From contig JAOZIF010000009.1 in the NCBI GenBank assembly GCA_026014495.1, positions 1 through 15,621 on the forward strand: 15,621 nucleotides of DNA. The letters run 5' to 3'. The translations under genes were made by a program, and so were the position numbers. Below the pieces are notes generated by a model. It searched no databases. It was not told where the DNA came from and saw nothing but the letters and a program-made list of their open reading frames with translations. Source of the DNA: Candidatus Bathyarchaeum sp. Its GTDB lineage: Archaea; Thermoproteota; Bathyarchaeia; Bathyarchaeales; Bathyarchaeaceae. Shown piece by piece: positions 7,043 to 15,619 of this stretch. Positions within the stretch are counted from its first letter, which is position 1, and each line of letters begins with the position of its first letter.

Positions 7043-7209
7043 TTGATCAGCTCTTAAACACCTAAAAACGTCCGTTTGTTAATTATGTCTTGGTTATTAT
7101 TTAACATTTCAATCTGACACTAATGTCACATCTGTTAGAAACAAGACCCTTCAAGAGTTAAGGTAGTCTTATTAATTCACTTCACACAATACACAATTGA
7201 GGAGTAGTT

Positions 7210-7449
7210 TTGGTAAACTTAACAGCTAGACAATTGAATCGATTTCTGTTAGGGGTTCAAGGTGTAACTGCGACATTTTGCGGCACGTTCATCATTGTAT
7301 ACTTGCTTGGATTACGTGACCTTCCAGAAAACGTTGTCTACCACTCAGACTCTACATTTAGAGCCGCACTTTCCACACTTGGTGTTCTAGCACTAATACT
7401 CATAGCGGCAACAATCGGTCTAAGTCTTTTTGTGAAACGCAAAAACTAA
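7210..7449 (+). CDS. Small 2-TM membrane protein
   Basis: TTG start after GAGGAG SD; two hydrophobic segments; basic C-terminus KRKN. Confidence 0.65.
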   Translation: MVNLTARQLNRFLLGVQGVTATFCGTFIIVYLLGLRDLPENVVYHSDSTFRAALSTLGVLALILIAATIGLSLFVKRKN

Positions 7450-7582
7450 AATTCACATATTCAACAGCATCAAGCAACCAAGCCATGTATTTGGCGACAT
7501 AATTGTCCAGTCAACAATTAAAACAGGATTAAGTGTCAGTTTAACTCCTATTATAAAACGAACCCACGCTTTACGTGAAGGA

Positions 7583-7876
7583 TTACTTCTTTTGATTTGC
7601 TGTTTTCTGGTTTACAATTCTTCTGTTTCTCACATAGAGCAAAGCATCAACACTAACCATTGTCAAGTTGATGGCATAGAAAACGACGACAAGGTCTGGG
7701 TGATAAAAGATTTTATGCAAAATACCCGCAAGATAACCAAACCAGACAATCACCAGAAAAGCTAGGCTCTTTCCGTTTATTGAATGGGAAACAATAGATT
7801 TGTGGATAGAAAAAGGCCACGCAGCGCCGAAACAAAGAAGCATGACAATTTCGAAAATGCTCATTAGGCAAATCAC
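7583..7876 (-). CDS. PQ-loop / SemiSWEET-like 3-TM half-transporter
   Basis: FEIVMLLCFGAAWPFSIHKS...GKSLAFL...GYLAGILHKI...FYAINLTMV pattern, 3 TM. Likely start is the ATG at 7864. Confidence 0.65.
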   Translation of the reverse strand: MICLMSIFEIVMLLCFGAAWPFSIHKSIVSHSINGKSLAFLVIVWFGYLAGILHKIFYHPDLVVVFYAINLTMVSVDALLYVRNRRIVNQKTANQKK

Positions 7877-7943
7877 TTTTGAGTTAGAGGTTTAGGTGCA
7901 TGTGTTACTCGGCTTTGATAAAGATGACTGTTTTTGTTTTACG

Positions 7944-8216
7944 TCAAAAGCTCTTCTTTACAATCATGTAAAGTGTAAACACAACCACCAAATATGCAGA
8001 TGTCCGAACAATTATCAGGAACGATTCTAGGTCATCTTTAAGTCCCAGAATTGTTGCCAGATGAGAAACTCCGAATAAACCAAAAGCTATACCGATGTAA
8101 AGGGGCACCGCATTACCTGTTTTTTTGTAACCAAAAAAGCCCAAGAGAAGTATTATAATGCAAAGTGTCAAGTTCACAAGGTAAATGGGGTCCAACAAAT
8201 ATGCCATAGAATGCAC
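7944..8216 (-). CDS. Small 3-TM membrane protein
   Basis: Three hydrophobic helices (VNLTLCIIILLLG, PLYIGIAFGLFGVSHL, IVRTSAYLVVVF). AGGTG SD favours the ATG at 8207. Confidence 0.7.
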   Translation of the reverse strand: MHSMAYLLDPIYLVNLTLCIIILLLGFFGYKKTGNAVPLYIGIAFGLFGVSHLATILGLKDDLESFLIIVRTSAYLVVVFTLYMIVKKSF

Positions 8217-8228
8217 CTGCTACCTTTT

Positions 8229-8534
8229 TCATGGTTTGTTCTGTTTTTTGAGGTATATATATGCAACGTAAACTATTGCTGAAATTATTGTCCAGAATAC
8301 AATGTCAGCTATCAAAGACCCTCCGGAATTATACAGTAAATAATCTTCAGGGCTTCCAGGCACAATTATTGTCACTTTTTCTAGCCAAAGAATTGGTAAA
8401 CCATAACCAGTTATTGTTGCGCCTAAACCTACAGTCATATCTTGAGAATACAGTACTGACAACAAAGTAACAACTACGCCACATATGACGACCAGCACGA
8501 TTGGTTTTATTTTCATTTTTTCATGCCATCCCAA
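8229..8534 (-). CDS. Small membrane protein
   Basis: N- and C-terminal hydrophobic helices with a GYGLP-x2-W loop. Likely start is the ATG at 8516 (MKIKPIVLV). Confidence 0.6.
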   Translation of the reverse strand: MGWHEKMKIKPIVLVVICGVVVTLLSVLYSQDMTVGLGATITGYGLPILWLEKVTIIVPGSPEDYLLYNSGGSLIADIVFWTIISAIVYVAYIYLKKQNKP

Positions 8535-8879
8535 ATTTCAGTTTTTTGAATAATACGTTTGAATTATGTGAGGCACCCGCAACGGCGCCGATGATTTTGT
8601 CGTATGGGTGATAAAAATTCACAAATGTTTCCCCCATTGATGGCTATCACACGGTATATGTCCGAGTGTTAACATATAAATCAGTTTAAAGCGGTTTCTT
8701 GTTCTTAACATTTGTGGGAGCAGTCAACAAAGAAAGCCGCATTTTTTGTTCAAAACAACAGATACAGTAGAGTCACAGCAAACAGCGACATTAAATCTAG
8801 AAAATGCCAAACAGATAACCGCATTTGGTTTCATGAAATATTAAAAAAGGCAGATGCCAGAAGGCTACTGGAGACGTTT

Positions 8880-9674
8880 ATGAAACGGCAGCACTGGGTA
8901 ATCATATTGAGCATAATAGGGATAATAGCAGTCAGCTCTGCTACAGTGGTTCCACTAAACAACAGCCCAGTTGATACTGAAGCGTTTTACTACACATACA
9001 CGGTTGTCAACACGTATCCTCATGATGAGGATGCTTTCACACAAGGGCTAGTGTTTGAGGACAGCGTCTTATATGAGGGAACAGGACACTATGGAGAATC
9101 ATCACTTCGTCGCATAGAATTAGAAACAGGTAACGTAACAAAGCTTCACTTGTTATCTGACAACTTGTTTGGCGAAGGCATTACAATCTTTGAAGACAAA
9201 ATCATCCAACTAACATGGCAAAACAACATAGGCTTTGTTTATAACAAAAGCTCCTTTGAGTTATTGCAGACTTTTGAGTACCCCACTGAAGGCTGGGGAA
9301 TCACACATAATGGCAGCGTGCTGATAATGAGTGATGGTACAGCAAACCTGTATTTTTTGGACCCAGAAACATTCCAGACAGTTGGTCAAGTTGAAGTTCA
9401 CGACAAAGAGCCCATAGATTTGCTTAACGAACTCGAATACATAGACGGAATGGTCTACTCAAACATCTGGAAAGAAGACCTGATTGTGATAATAGACCCG
9501 CAGACGGGGCAGGTCTCAGGGTGGATAGACTTGACAGGCATCAATGATTCTGCGAATCAAGCTACAAGTGGTGTTCTAAACGGGATTGCATACGACCCAA
9601 ATGAGGACAGGCTCTTTGTGACCGGAAAAAGATGGACACAACTTTACGAGATTGAACTGGTTCCGACACAATAA
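8880..9674 (+). CDS. Glutaminyl-peptide cyclotransferase (plant/bacterial beta-propeller type), N-terminal signal/anchor
   Basis: FTQGL, YEGTG, FGEGI, QLTW, EGWGI, SDG, LNELE, LNGIA, VTGKRW motifs all present. The ATG at 8880 follows GGAG and opens a signal-like MKRQHWVIILSIIGIIAV, so it is preferred over 8712. Confidence 0.92.
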   Translation: MKRQHWVIILSIIGIIAVSSATVVPLNNSPVDTEAFYYTYTVVNTYPHDEDAFTQGLVFEDSVLYEGTGHYGESSLRRIELETGNVTKLHLLSDNLFGEGITIFEDKIIQLTWQNNIGFVYNKSSFELLQTFEYPTEGWGITHNGSVLIMSDGTANLYFLDPETFQTVGQVEVHDKEPIDLLNELEYIDGMVYSNIWKEDLIVIIDPQTGQVSGWIDLTGINDSANQATSGVLNGIAYDPNEDRLFVTGKRWTQLYEIELVPTQ

Positions 9675-9735
9675 CGCGAATCAGAAAAACATGTTTTTGA
9701 TGTTGTATTTTAGTACAAGTATACAATGTAAAGCG

Positions 9736-10521
9736 TTACCATCCTCCGCCGGAACCGCCTCCTCCAGAACGTCCACCGCCTCCGCCGCCTCCAGAGCGAC
9801 CTCCGCCTCCGTAACCGCCGCCCCAGCCCCTTCCTCTTCTGCCTCCACCGAAACGGCCACCAAAAACAATCATGATACCTACAAAGATGACTATAAGCAC
9901 AATAACCCATACTGGAATCTCTTCGTCGTATGAAAGTTCTGCATTATCGTAAACATATCTTCCACGTGTTGACATGCGGTCTGTTTCATCTACAACTGGT
10001 ATCTCTAGTGTAAGAGCAATAACAGTGTAGGCAAATCCTTCCCCGTATTCACCTTCCTGAAACTTCGGAACCAAATACTCCTCTGCTATTCTACGGGATT
10101 CTACGTCTGTTATGTAGCCTTCCAGCCCGTACCCTATTTCGATTCGCCATTCCCGCTCTTCCATTGCAACAAGAACCAAGACGCCGTTATCTTTTCCCTT
10201 TTTTCCAATTCCAACCACAGAGCCGCTGGGCGTATCCAAGGGTAACTCGTTGAAGATGTACACGCCAAGCTGGACAATGTCGTTGATTTCAACTCCATCC
10301 TTTGTGATGCCGTGACCGTACAAAGAATCCACAACGTAGATGACTATCTCTGCAGTGGTGTTCGTGTCAACGTCAAGAAGATAGGATTCAATGTCATATT
10401 TCCAGTCATCAGAAATCACCTGCCCATTAACAGGCACAACTGAAACAGGAATAGACACTAAACTAGCTAAAACCATCACTAATAAAAAAGAAAAAAGAGG
10501 GGTTCTTGGCACGTGAAGCAT
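9736..10521 (-). CDS. TPM-domain (YgcG-like) membrane protein with Gly-rich C-terminal tail
   Basis: AEIVIYVV, GIGKKGKDNGVLVLVA, RIEIGYGLEGYITD, TM helix, then GGGRSGGGG tail; directly downstream of lemA. Confidence 0.92.
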   Translation of the reverse strand: MLHVPRTPLFSFLLVMVLASLVSIPVSVVPVNGQVISDDWKYDIESYLLDVDTNTTAEIVIYVVDSLYGHGITKDGVEINDIVQLGVYIFNELPLDTPSGSVVGIGKKGKDNGVLVLVAMEEREWRIEIGYGLEGYITDVESRRIAEEYLVPKFQEGEYGEGFAYTVIALTLEIPVVDETDRMSTRGRYVYDNAELSYDEEIPVWVIVLIVIFVGIMIVFGGRFGGGRRGRGWGGGYGGGGRSGGGGGGGRSGGGGSGGGW

Positions 10522-10549
10522 CTAGTCGCCTCTAGTTACTTGTTTTAGT

Positions 10550-11131
10550 TTATGTTACTGACGGAGGGTTTTCAGCTCCACTGGTAGATTCAAAGAATTC
10601 TCTAGCTTCAAATCCCCATCCTGATGCCCAGATATTTGCAGGAAAAGACCTGCGTGCGCTGTTGTAGTCTCCTACAGCATCGTTGTATCTTATGCGTTCT
10701 GTAGAAATTCTGTTTTCTGAACCCTCAAGCTCAGTAATCAAGTCTTGCACTATCGCAGACGACTCCAAGTCAGGGTACGCTTCAACAACTACTCTAAACT
10801 GATATATTGCGGAATCAAGGTTATTTGTAGCATCAACTATGGCGTTTTCGTCTCCGGTGGCTTGTGCTTGTGCCCATTGGCTTCTAAGCATTGTTACGTT
10901 TTGGAGTATAGATCCCTCATATTCTATGTAGAGTTTAGCAGCGTCCACAACATTTGGTATCAAATCAAACCTTCTTTGCAAAACAGCCTCAACATCAGCC
11001 CATGTTTCATCCACTTTCACTTCAAGATCCACTAAATTATTGTAAGTCCCAATGTATAGCGCCGCAAAAACAACTCCGACCAAAATAACCGCGACAATAA
11101 TAACCACTACAGCAATCAATTTACTGTTCAT
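10550..11131 (-). CDS. lemA: LemA family protein
   Basis: YNNLV...WADVEAVLQRRFDLIPN, VEAYPDL, ELEGSENRI...RYNDAV..YN...FPAN are LemA signatures; N-terminal TM helix. Confidence 0.95.
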   Translation of the reverse strand: MNSKLIAVVVIIVAVILVGVVFAALYIGTYNNLVDLEVKVDETWADVEAVLQRRFDLIPNVVDAAKLYIEYEGSILQNVTMLRSQWAQAQATGDENAIVDATNNLDSAIYQFRVVVEAYPDLESSAIVQDLITELEGSENRISTERIRYNDAVGDYNSARRSFPANIWASGWGFEAREFFESTSGAENPPSVT

Positions 11132-11230
11132 TATAATCCCTGAATACCTGAGAAAAACAGCATGTAATATTCTTTACGGAAAAGTCATTCACTAAAGATT
11201 AAAAAAGGGTGAACAAAACCAAAAAATTAG

Positions 11231-11250
11231 AAAAAAGGGAGATGAATCCC
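11231..11250 (-). terminator. Hairpin + oligo-T terminator
   Basis: Minus strand GGGA-TTCATC-TCCC-TTTTTT immediately after the stop codon at 11251. Confidence 0.6.
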
Positions 11251-12840
11251 TTATTCTTCCAAGATTTTGTTTGCTTCTTCGCCGTATGCTTCCATCACGT
11301 AGGGGATTCCAGAGATTTTCGCTGCTTCCTCTGTTAGCGCCATCAAGTCTTTGCGGCTAATTGTAGAGAGCCTAAAGTTTCTGCTTCCAGCCATCAACTG
11401 CTGCAAACCAACTCTAAACTTCTGGGCATACGTGTATATTCCAACAGCACCCAAAGGTATGTCCTTGATGTCTGCTCCAAACTTTTCTTCAAGTTCGGCA
11501 TAGGCAACAAAGATTTCGCTAACGTCACTGCCATACTTTGAAACAGACTTGGGCAAATTGTCTTCATCTAGCCATTGTGCTATGTTCTTTCCAACCATTC
11601 CCGGAATCATCAAGCCTCTTCCCATACAAACCGCCTTAACGTATGGGCTACCCATTGCAAGCGCCTTGAACACACCATCCTCTGAAGAGAATCCTCCAGC
11701 CATTGCAAGGTCAGGAACTCGCATGCCTTTTCGTTTAAGCTTTTCACAGAACTTGTACGTTAGAGCCTGCAGATAGAACGTTGGAATTCCCCATTCGTTC
11801 ATCATTGGCCAAGGGCTCATTCCTGTGCCTCCAGGTGCACCATCAATTGTAAGTAAGTCCAGTTTTGCTTCTGCTCCATAACGTAGTGCCATAGCTAGTT
11901 CCAAGGCAGAGTAAGCGCCTGTTTTTAGGGTAACGCGTTTGAATCCTAAACCGCGGAGACGGTCAACTTCTTCTAAGAATGCTTCTTTTGTTACAAAGCC
12001 TAGTCTGGAGTGGCGCTCAAACTCTTTGATTGCCCCTTCCTCAAACGCTACTTGATTCTCCTTAAGAGTAGGGTCAGGCGAAACAACGTAGCCTCTCTTC
12101 TTAAGTTCAACAGCACGCTTCAAAGTTTTAACTTTAATTTCTCCACCAATACACTTAGCACCCTGTCCCCACTTCAATTCGATAGTATCTAAGTCATGCT
12201 TTGATGACACATACTCAGCTACTCCAAATCGAGTGTCTTCAACGTTCATCTGGACTAGCAGTTCGCCGTAGCCTTCATGAAATTTCTTGTAAATCTGTAT
12301 TCGGCGATCCATCTCAGGTGACTTGGAAATTTTTCCATTACTATCCAGCACAAGTCCAGGGTCGATTCCACAAACGTTTTCGCCACACACAAGCGTGATG
12401 CCCGAAATTGCGGCGCCTATTGCAAAGTGTTCCCAGTTCTTTCTTGCAATCTCTGTGGAACCCAATGCACCAGTGAATATTGGGACTCGCATCTTGACCT
12501 TTTTGGTCCAGCCGTAATCTGTTTCGGTGTCCACTTTAGGGAAAAGTGCAGTGTCTGGGTCTGCTTGGACTCCTTCTGGAAGCCCTTTTGCGCCTCGGGC
12601 GTAGCCTTGAATGTTAAGGTGGGAATAATCCACGGGGTAGTTTTTGTCTGCTCCCGCTGTTACTTCTCCGAAGGGTCCAGGGTAGAGTACCTCTCGGCCT
12701 CTAAATGATGATAACCAGATTTCGCAACCGCCTTTACAGCCATCAACACATCTTGAACAGATTCCCGACATTGGGACTACGTTCTTTGATCGATTGAAGG
12801 TACCGGTTGACTCGTCTGCATTTGGTCTTCTTAAATTCAT
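11251..12840 (-). CDS. FMN-binding glutamate synthase family protein (stand-alone FMN domain)
   Basis: IELKWGQGAK-x-IGGE, TIDGAPGGTG, MAGG and KALAMG FMN-barrel motifs; N-terminal CSRCVDGCKGGC. Confidence 0.9.
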   Translation of the reverse strand: MNLRRPNADESTGTFNRSKNVVPMSGICSRCVDGCKGGCEIWLSSFRGREVLYPGPFGEVTAGADKNYPVDYSHLNIQGYARGAKGLPEGVQADPDTALFPKVDTETDYGWTKKVKMRVPIFTGALGSTEIARKNWEHFAIGAAISGITLVCGENVCGIDPGLVLDSNGKISKSPEMDRRIQIYKKFHEGYGELLVQMNVEDTRFGVAEYVSSKHDLDTIELKWGQGAKCIGGEIKVKTLKRAVELKKRGYVVSPDPTLKENQVAFEEGAIKEFERHSRLGFVTKEAFLEEVDRLRGLGFKRVTLKTGAYSALELAMALRYGAEAKLDLLTIDGAPGGTGMSPWPMMNEWGIPTFYLQALTYKFCEKLKRKGMRVPDLAMAGGFSSEDGVFKALAMGSPYVKAVCMGRGLMIPGMVGKNIAQWLDEDNLPKSVSKYGSDVSEIFVAYAELEEKFGADIKDIPLGAVGIYTYAQKFRVGLQQLMAGSRNFRLSTISRKDLMALTEEAAKISGIPYVMEAYGEEANKILEE

Positions 12841-12912
12841 TTTGCTTCATCTCTCCAGTTTTTTGCCACACGCCATAACGGTATACGGCAACCTTTCGCC
12901 ATTTAGACGAGG

Positions 12913-12930
12913 GTGCTTATAAGATTTTTC
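12913..12930 (-). promoter_or_regulatory. Candidate BRE/TATA promoter of the glutamate-synthase-family gene
   Basis: Minus strand GAAAAAAT-CTTATAAG about 75 nt upstream of the ATG at 12840. Confidence 0.45.
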
Positions 12931-13120
12931 AATAAAATAATGTAATTGACGGTAAACATTCATTTTTCACTGTTACAAAATTGCAAATATGAACGTTCAT
13001 TCATGCTTGCCATCATGCATTCAAGCGTGAAGTTTTCTGTTTTTAACCAAAAAAGGAGGTGACCTTAACAGTTTTACGTTCAGTGTGTAAACTTATTAAA
13101 ATGTAGCAGGAGGATTTTGC

Positions 13121-13594
13121 GTGAGTGGAGGCAAATCAAAAGATGAGAATCTTATTGCATACTGTGGACTTTATTGTGGAGATTGTCATGGCTTTTCAGG
13201 AAAAATCCCGGATATGGCCCGAGATTTACGAAAGGAACTAAGGGCAACAAGATACGACAAATTTGCTGGTTTCATCTCGACATTTTCGTTTGGCAAAGAT
13301 TTCAAGGAATATGAGCAGTGCTACAAGGTTCTTGGTGCAATGGTAAAGTTTCGGTGCCGAAAAGGCTGCAGAAACGGTGGAGGTTCTCCTTTTTGCAAAA
13401 TCAGAATATGTGCCCAAAAGAAGGGTATTGAAGGCTGTTGGCTGTGCGGTGAATCTGAAAGCTGCAAAAAACTGGAGTTCCTGATTCCAGTTCATGGAGA
13501 TGCACATATCAAGAATTTGCGTGCAATTAAGCGAAAAGGTAAAGATGAGGCTTTGAAGGGCAAAATGCTCTGGTATAATAAACCCAAAAAATGA
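13121..13594 (+). CDS. DUF3795-like Cys-rich putative metal-binding protein
   Basis: IAYCGLYCGDC...CRKGCR...CKIRICAQKKGIEGCWLC...C; GTG start after GGAGG. Confidence 0.82.
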   Translation: MSGGKSKDENLIAYCGLYCGDCHGFSGKIPDMARDLRKELRATRYDKFAGFISTFSFGKDFKEYEQCYKVLGAMVKFRCRKGCRNGGGSPFCKIRICAQKKGIEGCWLCGESESCKKLEFLIPVHGDAHIKNLRAIKRKGKDEALKGKMLWYNKPKK

Positions 13595-13601
13595 ACGAAA
13601 G

Positions 13602-14441
13602 CTATGTTTGGCATTTGGGACACAGGTACACGTGACCTCCACCCAAACTCAGTTTTTCTATGGATGTTCCGCATTCTGAGCAAGTTTGCTCTTTCATGTT
13701 TGGTCCCATTGCCGCAGTGTAGCCGCCTTTTATTCCGTAGAAGTCGCGGAAATTGTCTTTTCCTTTGAGCTTGAGCCTTTCTGTAACAACAAACTTGATT
13801 GCGTCGTGTAGTCTGTGCTTTTCAGTTATGTCCAGTTCTGAGGCTTTTCGTTTTGGGTGAATTTTAGCCATATACAAAATGTCCTGAAAAGTGCTGTTGC
13901 TTATGCCAACAACAGCAGCGTCTTTGCCTACAAGCACCGCCTTTAACATTCTACTTTGGTCTACAATTAACTTAGAAAAACGTTCAAAAGTGAAGTCTTC
14001 ATCAACTGGTGAGAGCTTGTTTGGGTCAAAATCTCGCTTGTACACATACGAACTGTTCAAATCATTGTCTTTACGCAATTCTATGACCCCCATGCTCGTG
14101 AGCCTAACAGTTAACACTGTACCATCGTTGAAGTCAACTCGTAAATGAAACTTGGGAACAGTTTTGTCATCTACATGATAGAAGATTTCGCCGCCGTATT
14201 CTGGACCAAAAATCAGGTTGGTGTTATTGTCAAATTTGACGCGTATTACGTTACCCCTAGAAGTTACTGATTCGATTTTTGCGTCTAAAAGCTGATTAAA
14301 CGACTTTGGGTCTTTGTCCATCATGCCTATTTTTTGTAGCCGTTCACAGTCTTTTACCAGCCATGACGTCACACGTTTACCTTTCAGCTTGTGGTTCATT
14401 TGTTCCGCAAGAATCATGGCTTCTGGAAGCTCAACACTCAT
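13602..14441 (-). CDS. Fpg/Nei DNA-glycosylase family protein with substituted catalytic residues
   Basis: N-terminal ELPE, H2TH region LKAVLV...VVGISN...DILYMAKIHP, C-terminal zinc finger CSEC...CPKCQ. Confidence 0.9.
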   Translation of the reverse strand: MSVELPEAMILAEQMNHKLKGKRVTSWLVKDCERLQKIGMMDKDPKSFNQLLDAKIESVTSRGNVIRVKFDNNTNLIFGPEYGGEIFYHVDDKTVPKFHLRVDFNDGTVLTVRLTSMGVIELRKDNDLNSSYVYKRDFDPNKLSPVDEDFTFERFSKLIVDQSRMLKAVLVGKDAAVVGISNSTFQDILYMAKIHPKRKASELDITEKHRLHDAIKFVVTERLKLKGKDNFRDFYGIKGGYTAAMGPNMKEQTCSECGTSIEKLSLGGGHVYLCPKCQT

Positions 14442-14717
14442 TAAACTAGACCTCCAATCCCCAACACATTACTTTGTCATTAATGGATATAAGTTCTAAA
14501 ACTAACACAACACATTGTTTTATCCGACAAGCAGCTCCTCGAAAACGTTCTTTCTTTTAACAAAAATTAATACAACCAGAAGAACAAGTATCGCCACTTT
14601 TTTTGGGTTCAAATCCTAATGATGCCCTCCTAGACAGTTACATTAGTACATTCTGGTAGCTATTTTAGGAAACCCGTGAAAAGATGTGAAAAATACCCAT
14701 AACGCGAATTCATTCAT

Positions 14718-15449
14718 CTATTTTATTACTTTGGCAAGATTAACAACACAATGGCAGTCACATGCTGTTCCAATTGCTAAAGTGCAAGACGTGTGAACCG
14801 TTTCTAAACGTTTCAAAAAAGAACAAAGCTCTTTTCCATCTATAGCCCCTAAGCCGCCAGTTAACTGCCTAGACATCAAAACCGCTGAAATGTCGATTAT
14901 TTTGTAGACACTAAATTCTAGAAGTTTATCCATAGAAGCAAGTTTTGGCCTGCCCGTTGACGCACATACATCCTTTGGTGGCAGACAATTATCTCTACAT
15001 CGCATGCTTGAAGGCATATAACTGACCACTATAACGCCAGAAACGTCATCAACAAACGAAACCAAGCTCTCTGGAATGTTCTTTAAAACTTCTGGAACAG
15101 CCTTCAAATAAGGTTCAAGCATACCGCCACGCTTCGCAAGCCAACACTCCACAACCTTAGCAACAGCATTGCCTGGAATAGCGGTAACCACAAAGTCAGG
15201 TGCATTGATTTCCAAAAACTGTACCAACACATCTACTGCATCACCTACAAAAAAAACTGCTTGCCCAGCCCCCAAAGAATCCAAGACAGTTAACTCAACA
15301 GAACAAAAATCAACTTCTGACTTTGCCAAGCAACCAGGGTTCAAATCAACAACCAAAACCTTAGCGCCCTTAGCCTTCAAATACCTAAGAGCATTCGTGC
15401 CAAACCTGCCTCCACCCATAACAAAAACTAGCTTACCTTTCAAAACCAA
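14718..15449 (-). CDS. NAD(P)-binding Rossmann protein with Cys-rich C-terminal domain, function unknown
   Basis: VFVMGGGRFG (GxGxxG) plus VLVVD; CRDNC...C and ACDCHC motifs. Confidence 0.75.
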   Translation of the reverse strand: MVLKGKLVFVMGGGRFGTNALRYLKAKGAKVLVVDLNPGCLAKSEVDFCSVELTVLDSLGAGQAVFFVGDAVDVLVQFLEINAPDFVVTAIPGNAVAKVVECWLAKRGGMLEPYLKAVPEVLKNIPESLVSFVDDVSGVIVVSYMPSSMRCRDNCLPPKDVCASTGRPKLASMDKLLEFSVYKIIDISAVLMSRQLTGGLGAIDGKELCSFLKRLETVHTSCTLAIGTACDCHCVVNLAKVIK

Positions 15450-15542
15450 TCAACCCCGTGACATACACTCCAGCCCTCTTTTTTGCTCGCCAGTTTTCCA
15501 TTTAATGCTGCAACCTATAACGTTTATCTGCCATGTAGAGCT

Positions 15543-15567
15543 AAAAAAGGGGATGGAAAGATTCATC
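15543..15567 (-). terminator. Hairpin + oligo-T terminator
   Basis: Minus strand GATG-AATCTTTC-CATC-CCC-TTTTTT, just after a TAG at 15571-15569. Confidence 0.45.
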
Positions 15568-15568
15568 T

Positions 15569-15619
15569 CTACGAAAAGAAATAAATGCCGTAACTGCATT
15601 TGAAACAGTCCTGAGCGGT
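15569..15619 (-). CDS. Partial CDS (C-terminal end of a gene beyond the window)
   Basis: Open frame TAQDCFKCSYGIYFFS* ending right before the terminator above. Confidence 0.4.
   Translation of the reverse strand, partial: TAQDCFKCSYGIYFFS

Noticed and set aside
8521-8637. 38-aa minus-strand ORF MGETFVNFYHP...
   Set aside because: No clear SD and no recognisable features.
8880-9674. Glutaminyl cyclase as part of the peptide cluster (cleavage to expose Gln in PQIV)
   Set aside because: It lies outside the repeat-bounded block, and cleavage there would remove the Trp; there is no supporting evidence.
9652-9933. GC-rich CCGCCT-type repeats and three overlapping short ORFs
   Set aside because: Explained by the Gly-rich tail codons of the TPM gene; these are shadow ORFs, not a repeat element or CRISPR array.
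11177-11190. NrpR-like box GGAA-N6-TTCA
   Set aside because: One mismatch, and it sits upstream of lemA rather than a nitrogen gene; likely chance.
13049-13107. Strong AGGAGGTGA motif with a 15-codon GTG uORF
   Set aside because: No properly spaced start codon after the SD; cannot be supported.
14603-14619. T-arm-like GGGTTCAAATCC as a third tRNA remnant
   Set aside because: No acceptor strand or CCA and no similarity to the other two copies beyond the loop.
1212-15603. Remaining ORF-track entries antisense to or overlapping the called genes (e.g. 1212-1526, 2041-2376, 10745-11035, 13238-13642, 15169-15603)
   Set aside because: Shadow frames of well-supported genes, with no motifs of their own.
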